From NCBI GenBank assembly GCA_963699155.1, contig OY969414.1, forward strand, positions 1,963,757-2,027,756: a DNA stretch of 64,000 nucleotides. Reading direction: 5' to 3'. How positions within the stretch are numbered: position 1 is the stretch's first letter; the number at the start of each line of letters is the position of its first letter. The notes beneath the pieces are model-generated. The model saw only the letters and a program-made list of their open reading frames with translations, did not search any database and was not told where the DNA came from. Positions 22,655-32,254 of this stretch are shown here, piece after piece. A program made the position numbers and the translations under genes. The stretch comes from an uncultured Chlamydiales bacterium. GTDB taxonomy: Bacteria; Chlamydiota; Chlamydiia; Chlamydiales; JAAKFR01.

Positions 22655-23587
22655 ATGGTTAAACCAATTTCTTTAATATGTGAGCCACTTTGTGCACCCT
22701 CGGAGATCGAAGAGTCTACACTTTCACTCACTGTCAGAGTCACCGGGGTTGTCATCGCCGCTTTGACAGTTGCCTTTGGGGCTATGCTTCTTTGGGGTGG
22801 CCTTCGCGTCAACGAGCTGGGTCCCGTGGTTGGTTGGTCAACCCTCTCAGGAGGAGCTGCCCTTCTTTTAGCCCTAACTTTTATTCGCATTGTCCAAAAA
22901 GAGAATCAGCCTGAAAAAACTCACCCTCCTGTTACGCAACCTCTCATTCTAGAGCCTGACCTGACGGTATCTAAAGCTCCTATATCTATCCCTCTAGAGA
23001 TGGTTGGGAAACTACCGACCTGGCTCAAAAATATTCTTGGTGGCATCCCCTATGTGGAAGTTCAAAATAGGGAAGAACTCGAAAGCCTCACCGAACCCGT
23101 GGCTATTTTTAAGATGGGTGAGAGCACTGGCGTTTCCTTCCATGTTCAAGCGAAAGCGCTGATTTTAGACAATCTGGCTTACAATCGCAAAGAGGCTTCT
23201 TTTGATACACGTCACTACAGCACAACAGTACTCACTTTCTCTCTGAATTTCGTCGCCTACATGACGTCGACTGGATTTTTACTCCAATGTCTATCGACTA
23301 GAGGAATGGCGCACAGAGATGGCCCTTTTACCATCGATCAAATATTTGCTGGCGGTACCTACCAATTTCAAAGCGATCTTCTAGACCCTGCATTGATCGA
23401 GATTGACCATCAGGAAAAGCTGCCCGAAAAAGAGCGTTACAATCTCGCATGGTTGATGGCTCGTTTGATCACAAAAGGATCTGTCAAGCTCGTAGAGAGA
23501 AAAGCGAGTGAGATTTTTTCCGATGCGCCCTGGAAACGTCCCTCCATTGGCTATTGGTATCTCTGGATTAAAAAAGCGTCAGAGTGA
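22655..23587 (+). CDS. Inc-like protein
   Basis: Bilobed N-terminal hydrophobic domain followed by a soluble domain. Confidence 0.7.
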   Translation: MVKPISLICEPLCAPSEIEESTLSLTVRVTGVVIAALTVAFGAMLLWGGLRVNELGPVVGWSTLSGGAALLLALTFIRIVQKENQPEKTHPPVTQPLILEPDLTVSKAPISIPLEMVGKLPTWLKNILGGIPYVEVQNREELESLTEPVAIFKMGESTGVSFHVQAKALILDNLAYNRKEASFDTRHYSTTVLTFSLNFVAYMTSTGFLLQCLSTRGMAHRDGPFTIDQIFAGGTYQFQSDLLDPALIEIDHQEKLPEKERYNLAWLMARLITKGSVKLVERKASEIFSDAPWKRPSIGYWYLWIKKASE

Positions 23588-25186
23588 GAGGTGGAGACGC
23601 TGCTCTAGCTTTAAAGTGAGCGTGGTGGCGTCTGAGAGGAAGGCTGGGCCCTCAAACTGGATCGGTCCAGGGTTGCGGTAGAGATCGTCAGTAGCCCAAG
23701 CGGTGCGGTGGCGGGCAAAGAAGCGGAAGGGCTCTCCATGAAGGTCGACGAGCGCTTTTTGGATCACCGGTTTCTTTTTGCCTTTGCGCTCTTCGATATG
23801 GATGAGGCTGACTAGGGGAATCCCGAGCGGTAACCACTTATCGGGCGAGTCGCTCAACTTTTGCAACGCAGAGATGTAACCTGTCTTTCCTGATCCAATT
23901 AAAAGAGCTGCCACATGGCCCAGCGCATAACAGTAGTTGGCATCGAAATTAGAGGGATAGCCACAACGCCCTTCATAGCCAAAGAAATGACCTAGGGGAT
24001 GGAATTTTCCTCGGTAGCCTGGCCATTTTTTAAGCCGCTGCTGCACCAAGGAGATGAGGATCTGCTCTGTGGCGATATGGGAGACTTGCACATTGCCATG
24101 AGGATCACGGTCGAAGAGAAGCTGCTGACCGATCTCTTGAGGCAGGCTGGCAAAGGCATCCGCAGCAGGCGGTGAGAGGCGCTGCACCACATCGTTCTTC
24201 TCCTCTTCAGCAAGTAAGCTGTTGAGCTCTTTGAAGAGCAAATTCATTTCGGGAATGAATTCGATCAGCCCTTCCGGGATCAGGATGATGCCAAATTGTT
24301 TGCCTTGCTCGGCACGTCTAGCAATGATCTCACAGAGATGGTCGACGATCTGGTGGAGGGTCCACCTCTTTTCCGCAATCTCTTCGCCGATGAGAGTGAC
24401 GTTGGGATGCGTTTGTAGAGCACATTCGAGGGCAATATGGGAGGCGGATCTGCCCATCAGCTTGATAAAATGGGTATATTTTTTTGCCGAAAGGGCATCG
24501 AGGCAGAGATTACCGATCATCTCAGAATAGATCTTAGAGGCAGTATCAAAACCAAAGGAGCATTCTATCAGCTCATTCTTGAGATCGCCATCGATCGTCT
24601 TGGGAACTCCGATGAGACGGACCTGGCAGCCTTGCTTGAGAAAATATTCCGCTAAAATAGCTGCGTTGGTGTTGGAATCATCGCCTCCAATGACCACCAA
24701 TCCGTCGAGATTCAACTGTGAACAGGTTTGCTCTGCAGCTTGTAGCTGCTCGGGCGTCTCAATTTTGGTGCGGCCAGAACCGATAAGATCAAAGCCTCCT
24801 GTATTCCGGTAAGGGGCGATGATCTCTGCGGTGAGCTCACGATGCCGATTCTCTAGAATACCTGAAGGGCCACCCAGGAAGCCGAAGAGCTGACTTTCGG
24901 GATTCATTTTTTTTAGGGCATCGAAGAGGCCGATGATGACATTGTGGCCGCCGGGAGCTTGGCCTCCTGATAAGACAACCCCTACTCGGAAGGGTTGATA
25001 GGTTTTTGAAACACCTATGCGAAACTGGAGCAACGGCTGGTCGGCTGTCCGAGGAAAGAGCTCGACGATGGTAGGATCTACAGATTTCTTCTCACCAGAG
25101 AGCAGTTCCACTCGATTGAGCTGCTGAAAAAGTTGAGGGAGTTTAGGCGGATAGTGGAGCCGGACTTCATGTAAAGGATTGGACAT
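23579..25186 (-). CDS. pfp: Pyrophosphate-dependent phosphofructokinase
   Basis: SGGQAPGG, GGDDS, PKTIDGD, MGRSAS. Confidence 0.95.
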   Translation of the reverse strand: MSNPLHEVRLHYPPKLPQLFQQLNRVELLSGEKKSVDPTIVELFPRTADQPLLQFRIGVSKTYQPFRVGVVLSGGQAPGGHNVIIGLFDALKKMNPESQLFGFLGGPSGILENRHRELTAEIIAPYRNTGGFDLIGSGRTKIETPEQLQAAEQTCSQLNLDGLVVIGGDDSNTNAAILAEYFLKQGCQVRLIGVPKTIDGDLKNELIECSFGFDTASKIYSEMIGNLCLDALSAKKYTHFIKLMGRSASHIALECALQTHPNVTLIGEEIAEKRWTLHQIVDHLCEIIARRAEQGKQFGIILIPEGLIEFIPEMNLLFKELNSLLAEEEKNDVVQRLSPPAADAFASLPQEIGQQLLFDRDPHGNVQVSHIATEQILISLVQQRLKKWPGYRGKFHPLGHFFGYEGRCGYPSNFDANYCYALGHVAALLIGSGKTGYISALQKLSDSPDKWLPLGIPLVSLIHIEERKGKKKPVIQKALVDLHGEPFRFFARHRTAWATDDLYRNPGPIQFEGPAFLSDATTLTLKLEQRLHLSL

Positions 25187-25193
25187 GGGCACC

Positions 25194-26012
25194 TCAGAGA
25201 TGAGTTTCAAACCAGAGTTTTGTCTCTTCTACGACGACGGGGAAATGGGGAGAAAAGCCGAGTGAATGTTCCGATTCCGGATATTTGATGAAACGGCCGT
25301 CGATTCCGGACGTGAGGCAGGCTTCTTTAAACGCTTCATAATGAGCGATAGAAACTGTCTCATCATTCTCCCCATGCATCAATAAGATCGGCACCTGATC
25401 CAATTGCTCGATCACCTTATAGGCTTGCATATGACGGAACTCTTGACGGAATGCTTCGCTCAGACGAATGCCACGATAAGAGGAGAGCACCTGGGAGGGA
25501 TCGGCGTGGAGATATTCAGGATGGCGCATGAGAAAATCGCGGTACCAGAGCTCTCCGCTTGCGACAGGAGCCCAGAGCCCCATCGCCTTCACCCGCTGAA
25601 AACGGGCCGCTGCAATGACGGCGATCGCACCGCCGAGAGAGGCGCCAAAAAGTCCGATCCTTTCGCAATCGATTCCGTCGATCTTCTCTACCCCATCTAG
25701 AACGGTGAGGGCATCTGAGACCAGATCCTCGAGAGAGATTGTAGAAAGCGTCCCTTCGCTATCGCCACATCCTCTAAAATCGAAGCGGAGCGAAGCGATG
25801 CCTTCAGCGGCTAACGACTCAGCGAGCGTGACATAGCAGCGATTGGAGCCATGCTTGCTACTGGCAAAGCCATGGAGAAAGAGAACAAGCGGAGGATTCG
25901 CTACTTCAACAGGGCGGTGTAAAACAGCAAAAATCTGCTCTCCCCCATTATCGAAAACGACCGGCTCGCGCACTTCCACTTTTTCCAAAGTTCCTCGCAT
26001 CCTTCTCTCCAT
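25194..26012 (-). CDS. Alpha/beta hydrolase
   Basis: LHGF, DFRGCGDS, GASLGG nucleophile elbow, HGEND. Confidence 0.9.
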   Translation of the reverse strand: MERRMRGTLEKVEVREPVVFDNGGEQIFAVLHRPVEVANPPLVLFLHGFASSKHGSNRCYVTLAESLAAEGIASLRFDFRGCGDSEGTLSTISLEDLVSDALTVLDGVEKIDGIDCERIGLFGASLGGAIAVIAAARFQRVKAMGLWAPVASGELWYRDFLMRHPEYLHADPSQVLSSYRGIRLSEAFRQEFRHMQAYKVIEQLDQVPILLMHGENDETVSIAHYEAFKEACLTSGIDGRFIKYPESEHSLGFSPHFPVVVEETKLWFETHL

Positions 26013-26052
26013 TCAGGCATAATGAATGATCTAATGTAATGATTCAAAATCC

Positions 26053-26120
26053 CTCTGTGGTCTCTGTGAGCTCTCTGGTGTTTTTTTTATTTTACCACAG
26101 AGAGCACAGAGTACACAGAG
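26053..26120. repeat. REP-like inverted array of CTCTGTG/CACAGAG units
   Basis: CTCTGTG-type units followed by three CACAGAG units in a divergent intergenic region. Confidence 0.7.
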
Positions 26121-26164
26121 AGCTGGTGAATAATTACCACCTAATTTAACGCTCTTAATTGATA

Positions 26165-27355
26165 ATGTCACTAAAAGAATTGGTTATTATTGGGGGTGGG
26201 GCGGCCGGTTTTTTTGCCGCACTGGCTGCAAAAGAGGCGAATCCTGCGGCGCGCGTCACCCTTCTCGAAAAGACAGCTGTACTCCTCTCCAAAGTGAAGA
26301 TTTCAGGTGGTGGCAGATGTAATGTCACCCATGGCTGCTTTGACCCTAAAGAGCTGGTAAAAAATTATCCTCGTGGAGAGAAGGAGCTGCTCGGCCCCTT
26401 TCATCGCTTTCAGCCGAAAGACACTGTTGCCTGGTTTGAGGAGCGGGGTGTGCGCCTCAAGACAGAAGCCGATGGGCGCATCTTTCCTATCAGCGACTCC
26501 TCCCAGACGATCATCGACTGTTTAGTGGATCAGGCACAAGCCTTAGGGGTCGAAATTCTGCTGAAGCAGCGGGTTCAAGAGATCGTGAGAAGAGAATTTT
26601 TTGAAATCACGCTGCAAGATGGGGAGAGATTACTCACACCCAAACTTCTCCTGGCAACGGGAAGTAGCCGGGAAGGCTATGAGTGGGCACAGCGGTTCGG
26701 CCACACCATTCAATCCCCTGTTCCCTCGCTCTTTACCTTCAATGTCCCCGATTCGCCCTTGTCCCACTTAAGCGGCATCTCCTGGAATCCGGTGAAAGTC
26801 TCTTTGCCCGCTGCTATGTTGTCGCAGACGGGCCCTCTGCTCATCACCCATTTTGGATTCAGCGGTCCCGCCGTTTTAAAACTATCTGCCTGGGCTGCCA
26901 GATTTCTCCATGAATGCCACTACCAGAGTGAGCTCTCGATCGACTGGTTCCCCGATTTCAACGAAGAAGCGCTCTTTCAAGAGCTGCGCAGTTGCCGAGG
27001 GCGCTCTTTGCGCTCCAATCCTTTCCACCTCCCCAAAAATTTATGGATTAGCCTTCTAGAAGATGAGGGTGATCAAATGTGGCTCTCTTGGAGCGATAAA
27101 GAGCTGCGTGCGCTTGCTGCAAAGCTCCATCGCAACACCTACCTCATCTCAGGGAAAACGACCCATAAAGAGGAGTTTGTCACCTGTGGGGGTGTCACTT
27201 TGCAGGAGATCGATTTTAAAACGATGCAGAGCAAGATCTGCCCTGGTCTTTATTTTGCTGGCGAGATATTAGATATTGATGGAGTCACCGGTGGTTTCAA
27301 TTTCCAAAATGGATGGACCACAGGTTATCTATCAGGATTGAGTGCATGCTCTTAA
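26165..27355 (+). CDS. HI0933/BaiN-family flavoprotein
   Basis: GGGAAG, KISGGGRCNVT, THFGFSGP, GGFNFQ. Confidence 0.93.
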   Translation: MSLKELVIIGGGAAGFFAALAAKEANPAARVTLLEKTAVLLSKVKISGGGRCNVTHGCFDPKELVKNYPRGEKELLGPFHRFQPKDTVAWFEERGVRLKTEADGRIFPISDSSQTIIDCLVDQAQALGVEILLKQRVQEIVRREFFEITLQDGERLLTPKLLLATGSSREGYEWAQRFGHTIQSPVPSLFTFNVPDSPLSHLSGISWNPVKVSLPAAMLSQTGPLLITHFGFSGPAVLKLSAWAARFLHECHYQSELSIDWFPDFNEEALFQELRSCRGRSLRSNPFHLPKNLWISLLEDEGDQMWLSWSDKELRALAAKLHRNTYLISGKTTHKEEFVTCGGVTLQEIDFKTMQSKICPGLYFAGEILDIDGVTGGFNFQNGWTTGYLSGLSACS

Positions 27356-29163
27356 CGACGACACATAGACCGCGCAACGTCAATATGCCCCGGGCGGCTG
27401 CCATTCTCTATGGCGACTGGGGCACGAGCAAAGCCTACGTCATCGGACTTGCCTTCGCCATCGCCGGTTATGCCTCTTTCTGGCCAATTCTCGGGGTTTC
27501 CATTCTCTCCCTTTTGGTGGGAATCTGCTATATCATGATCTGTCGTTTCTATCCCAATGGGGGTGGGGTTTATGCCAGCGTCCATCGCCGAGCGGAAGAT
27601 AATCCTAACTATGCTTGGCTTGCCATTGTGGGGGCCTTTTTTCTCGTAGCAGACTATCTGGTAACAGCCGCCTTGAGCGCCCTTTCCGCTTTTTACTATT
27701 TCAATGTGGCCGACCCCGTTCTCTACTCAGCCATTTTTATCATCCTGATTGGCCTCGTCAACTACCTTGGCCCTCGCCATACAGGGACCTTTGCCCTGAT
27801 CATCGCCATCGCTGCAGTCTCCGTCTTTACCGGACTCGCTCTGCTGTCACTGCCCTTTCTAAAAGAGGGTTGGCTCAATCTGCAAGCGCCCCCAAAAAAT
27901 CCGCTCACTCTCTGGGCCCAATTTTGCTCTGTCATCGTCGCCCTCTCCGGGGTGGAGACGATCGCTAATACCACCTCGATCATGAAGCTCAATCCAGGCT
28001 GTGATTCGAAAAAACCGATCGTCACATCTACTTCGACACCCTCCATCGTGAGCGTGATGATTGAAGTGGTTCTCTACACGACACTCTTCGGTCTCGCTGC
28101 CGCCTCCTACTCTGGATTTACCATTCATAACCAATCAGTTTCAGCGCCAGGCTTCCCCGATGTCGAAAATAGTATGCTCAGTTTTCTGGCAACCACTTTC
28201 GGGACAAAATTGCTGGGAGAGACCGGCGGAGCCATTTTTGCCAATCTCCTCCGCATCATTGTCGGTTTAATCTTACTCTCAGCCGTCAATACCGCAATCA
28301 ACGGCCTAGTCTCCTTACAGTATCTGATGGCCTGCGATCAGGAGCTACCTCGCACCTTTCGACGCATCAACCGCTTTGGAGTGCCACTTATCCCTCTTGC
28401 GATAGCCGCCCTCATCCCGGCCCTGCTCGTTGTCACAGTGAAAAAGCTTGTTCTCTTGGCCGATCTCTACGCCATTGGATTTGTTGGCGCAATAGCTGTC
28501 AATCTCGGTGCCACTTCAACAGATAAAAAAATGCCCCTCAAATGGGGTGAACGTACTTTCATGTTTTCTGTCTTCATTATCATGTCGGCCATCGAAATCA
28601 CCCTCTTTATTCAAAAGTCGCATGCCCGCTATTTCGTTCTCGCCATCATGATCGTCGGCCTTCTTTTGCGCCAATTGGCCAAGATGCTCAAAAAAGTGCC
28701 CGCTGCTCCTGTTGAGAAGCTGACAACAACTGAATTTTTCTATAAAGCAGATTTGCTTGTTGTCCGCAAACCTTACAGCCGAGCTCTGCGCAAGGCGGTG
28801 GAAGAGTCGCGTCTGCATAAAACGCCCCTCAACCTTCTTTTCTTACGCGAACAACGGGTGATCTCCGATAAAGATCTCAAAATGACAGGAGAAAGAGACC
28901 CGCTTGCCGTGAAAGCCTTTCAGTATGCGAAAAGCCATACCGATCCGGGGCTCGTTCACTGTTATTACAGCATCACCGACTCCTTTGTAGATATGGCAGC
29001 GGCTTATGCTTACCGATTAGAGGCTCCACGCATGATCATCGACTCCCCTCCTTCCAAAATCCTCTCTGCCATCCGAGGAAACACTGTCGTCCAACTGCGC
29101 CGCCTCCTCCCTGAAAATACCCAGTTGAAAATCGTCTCTGCAAAAATGAAAACGAAGCTATAA
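27346..29163 (+). CDS. APC-superfamily permease with USP-like C-terminal domain
   Basis: About 12 TMs, YGDWGTSKAY in TM1, GGGVY, soluble C-terminus. Confidence 0.8.
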   Translation: MLLTTTHRPRNVNMPRAAAILYGDWGTSKAYVIGLAFAIAGYASFWPILGVSILSLLVGICYIMICRFYPNGGGVYASVHRRAEDNPNYAWLAIVGAFFLVADYLVTAALSALSAFYYFNVADPVLYSAIFIILIGLVNYLGPRHTGTFALIIAIAAVSVFTGLALLSLPFLKEGWLNLQAPPKNPLTLWAQFCSVIVALSGVETIANTTSIMKLNPGCDSKKPIVTSTSTPSIVSVMIEVVLYTTLFGLAAASYSGFTIHNQSVSAPGFPDVENSMLSFLATTFGTKLLGETGGAIFANLLRIIVGLILLSAVNTAINGLVSLQYLMACDQELPRTFRRINRFGVPLIPLAIAALIPALLVVTVKKLVLLADLYAIGFVGAIAVNLGATSTDKKMPLKWGERTFMFSVFIIMSAIEITLFIQKSHARYFVLAIMIVGLLLRQLAKMLKKVPAAPVEKLTTTEFFYKADLLVVRKPYSRALRKAVEESRLHKTPLNLLFLREQRVISDKDLKMTGERDPLAVKAFQYAKSHTDPGLVHCYYSITDSFVDMAAAYAYRLEAPRMIIDSPPSKILSAIRGNTVVQLRRLLPENTQLKIVSAKMKTKL

Positions 29164-29173
29164 AATCAGTAAC

Positions 29174-29734
29174 ATGAGCCTACTCGCCATCTATATTCCC
29201 TTTATTTTCGACTACCTCGTCCAAATCGGCCCCATTTTTCTTTTTTTGGCCCTTGTCTTAGGGATTGTAGGTTTACCTGTACCCGATGAACTGCTCCTCA
29301 TCGGAGCTGGTTATCTGGTCGCACACCAGAAACTTCACATGGGTTATACTGTATTGGCCGCACTTACGGGGAGTATGATCGGGATCACCGTGAGCTATCT
29401 TCTCGGTAGATTAGTTGGTCATTGGCTGATCAAGCGCTATGGCCCAACTCTCAATATCACACCCGAAAAAGTCGACCTTGTCCACAACTGGTTTCGCAAA
29501 CTAGGAAAATGGCTCCTCATCCTCGGCTACTACATCCCACTCTTCCGCCATCTGGTCGGGTTTGTCGCTGGCGGCGCAAAGATGGAGTACAAAACTTTTG
29601 CCCTCTTCGCTTATGTGGGAGCCATTCTTTGGGCGTTGATCTTTTTATCGATCGGCTACTACACTCATTCTACAGTCAATGAGATGGCTAAAAAATATCA
29701 CCAGATGACCCATCAATTTTCTCATCATGAGTAA
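29174..29734 (+). CDS. DedA family protein
   Basis: GLPVPDELLL, YIPLFRH motifs. Confidence 0.9.
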   Translation: MSLLAIYIPFIFDYLVQIGPIFLFLALVLGIVGLPVPDELLLIGAGYLVAHQKLHMGYTVLAALTGSMIGITVSYLLGRLVGHWLIKRYGPTLNITPEKVDLVHNWFRKLGKWLLILGYYIPLFRHLVGFVAGGAKMEYKTFALFAYVGAILWALIFLSIGYYTHSTVNEMAKKYHQMTHQFSHHE

Positions 29735-30572
29735 AAAATGTTTGATCTATGCCAACTGTCAAGGTGAGGCTCTCGGCCATTTTCTCCACCATTCTCCTCA
29801 ATTTCGAGCTGAGTACTCCATCGAATACTTAGCAAACTTTCTCATGATTTCTGAGAAAAAGAGTTTTGATTCCGATCAGATTGACAGTGCCGATCTCTTG
29901 ATCTATCAGCCTCTAAATGACGACCACGGCCCCTTTTCAACCCGCTCACTTCTGACGCTACTTCCTGAGCGTTGCCGCTCCCTCTCCTTCCCCTACATCT
30001 ATAACGATGCCCTCTGGCCCCTCTTCAAAGATGGCCAGAAGATCGCCCACAGCTCAATTATCACTGACTTGCTCGATCAGGGGGCTTCTCCTCTCGACAT
30101 CGCCTTTCAATTCCTCACTCTCAAAATCGATTTTCGCTTTCAACAACGGTGGGAGCGCTCACTGCGCATCTTAACCGAGAAGGAAGCTCTCACCGATGTC
30201 AAAGTGGTCGATTTCATCTTGCATCATTACCAAAAAAAACGTCTCTTTCTCACCCAAAACCATCCCGCGACTCCCCTCCTGCTTCATGCCGCCAACCAGA
30301 TCCTCGCCTCCCTCAACTATCCGCTCCTTCTCGAAGAAAACCACCCCCATCCCAACGAAGCCCAGTTGCCTGGTCTTCTCCCCCACTCCCCTTACGACAT
30401 CAACCACCACCAGCTCATCTTCGCCGATGATTGGCACCAGTTCAGCTGGCGCCGCCACTACCTCCAAAATATCATGGAGACCATCCTCTCCCGATACCCC
30501 CAGAAAAATTTCCGCTACCACCTCAACAGATTCACCCTCAAAATGGTCCGCTCCCTCTCCTCCTACTTTTAA
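29727..30572 (+). CDS. WcbI-family polysaccharide biosynthesis protein
   Basis: YANCQ at the N-terminus, DLLIYQP, LFLTQNHP. Confidence 0.75.
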   Translation: MSKKCLIYANCQGEALGHFLHHSPQFRAEYSIEYLANFLMISEKKSFDSDQIDSADLLIYQPLNDDHGPFSTRSLLTLLPERCRSLSFPYIYNDALWPLFKDGQKIAHSSIITDLLDQGASPLDIAFQFLTLKIDFRFQQRWERSLRILTEKEALTDVKVVDFILHHYQKKRLFLTQNHPATPLLLHAANQILASLNYPLLLEENHPHPNEAQLPGLLPHSPYDINHHQLIFADDWHQFSWRRHYLQNIMETILSRYPQKNFRYHLNRFTLKMVRSLSSYF

Positions 30573-30593
30573 TCACTGCATTAGCATTTTTGA

Positions 30594-31637
30594 TTAATGA
30601 AATGAATATGCCGCATCTAACCAATCAAAAGCAGGTTGCGGAAAATCCAAATATTGTTGAATAAGCTCTGAAATGACTGAAAATCCATTTGAACTATTCG
30701 TAAATATAATAATTGCTTTATTGCGATTTTTAAATCCCACAATGAAACTTTTAACGCCTTGGTTATCTCCCCAATGCCAAAATGAATCGCCTATTTTAGT
30801 TCGTTGGAGTCCCCAACCTAATCCCCATGAGATGGAATCTGAAAAACGACTCGAACATTTGTCAATAGAGTTGGTACTCTCTTTTGGAACCTTCGCTTGA
30901 AATCGAAACATTTCATTAATTGTTTCAGCTTTCAATCCAACTCCTTTAAAAATGGCTATAATAAATCTTGCATAATCCAATGCGCTTATATGCAAAGTGA
31001 ATGCGGCATTTGGAGGTTCTGTGCAGATTTCAATTGGAAAGCCGTCAGGATTATGACCCAATGCTTTTCTATTATCATTTACCCAAATAAAAGTACATTG
31101 ATTCATTTTTAAAGGAATAAATACATTTTTCTTGACAAAGTCTTCTAATGATAATCCTGAGATATGTTCTATAACTTTTTGCAAATATAGGAAGCCTTCT
31201 CCAGAGTAGCTAAATCTTTCTCCTGGTTGAAAGTGAATTTTTAGAGGTTCATTTTTTGGTCTCCAGTTTGGAAAACCGGTAGTATGGGCTAAAACCATTC
31301 TAGCTGTAATAAAATTGACCCTTTCATCATTTTTGATATCAGAATAGGGAAGATATTCAGCAAGTGGTTTGTCCAAATTTAATTGACCCGTTTCCACCAA
31401 CTTTAGAATTCCATAGGCAAAAACAGGTTTACTAAGAGAAGCTGCTTCAAATAATGTCTCACTGTCAACAGGATCTCTAGTTTGTGAGTTTTTTACTCCT
31501 AATTCTAAATGCAAGATAACTTCAGCATTTTCAATAATTACCATTGAAAGCCCAGGTATTTTCCTTTCTTTCATTAAAGCTTCAAGTTCATATCTTGTAG
31601 GAAAATTTTGAGCAGCGTCCATTTGAATTCCTCTCAC
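30594..31637 (-). CDS. Serine hydrolase (beta-lactamase class C-like)
   Basis: FEAASLSK (SxxK), PGERFSYS, HWG; AT-rich; AGGAGG RBS. Confidence 0.9.
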   Translation of the reverse strand: MRGIQMDAAQNFPTRYELEALMKERKIPGLSMVIIENAEVILHLELGVKNSQTRDPVDSETLFEAASLSKPVFAYGILKLVETGQLNLDKPLAEYLPYSDIKNDERVNFITARMVLAHTTGFPNWRPKNEPLKIHFQPGERFSYSGEGFLYLQKVIEHISGLSLEDFVKKNVFIPLKMNQCTFIWVNDNRKALGHNPDGFPIEICTEPPNAAFTLHISALDYARFIIAIFKGVGLKAETINEMFRFQAKVPKESTNSIDKCSSRFSDSISWGLGWGLQRTKIGDSFWHWGDNQGVKSFIVGFKNRNKAIIIFTNSSNGFSVISELIQQYLDFPQPAFDWLDAAYSFH

Positions 31638-31755
31638 TTTCCTCCTATTTTTAAACGCTCGGTCACAAAATTTTCTATTTTTTTATTTTTGACTACATAC
31701 AATCAAATTTTGAAAGCATAGAAATCAATTTTAGAGCCCAAAGGAGAATTAAGAG

Positions 31756-32244
31756 ATGTCAAAATTTATCAACTGGCTTTTCAAGTCATATACCGAAGGT
31801 CCTTCAGCAATCATCTTGATCCGTCTTTTTGCTGGCCTGACATTTTTAGGTGAGGGACTTTTAAAATTTATCTATCCCAGCATGGGTGTGATGCGTTTTA
31901 CACTGCTCGGTTTCCCTATGCCAGAATTCACAGCGCACGCTATTGGTTTACTAGAAATTTTCGGGGGGATCTGTCTATTACTGGGTCTTTTTAACAACTT
32001 TTTTGCCCTCTTGTTTGCGGGAGAAATGGTTGTGGCCTTTCTTTCGACAAAAATTACCATGTTATTAGGCTCCTCTCCTCTACCTCTCCCTTCTGTTCCT
32101 CCTCAAAGTGGGTTTTGGGCAGTTGTGCACGAATCTCGCGACGACTACACGCTATTATTTGCCATGATTTTTCTTCTAATTATGGGCCCTGGCAAGTGGT
32201 CTTTGGATGCACTATTATATGGCAAAAAACAAGTAGCGAAGTAG
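31756..32244 (+). CDS. DoxX family membrane protein
   Basis: IRL..GL.F...G..K, EIFGG, GPGKWSLD. Confidence 0.88.
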   Translation: MSKFINWLFKSYTEGPSAIILIRLFAGLTFLGEGLLKFIYPSMGVMRFTLLGFPMPEFTAHAIGLLEIFGGICLLLGLFNNFFALLFAGEMVVAFLSTKITMLLGSSPLPLPSVPPQSGFWAVVHESRDDYTLLFAMIFLLIMGPGKWSLDALLYGKKQVAK

Positions 32245-32254
32245 CTCGAGACTT

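Noticed and set aside
23872..23883. 12-nt match (AGATGTAACCTG) between the variable loop of cassette A and pfp
   Set aside because: Too short to distinguish from chance in a 64-kb window.
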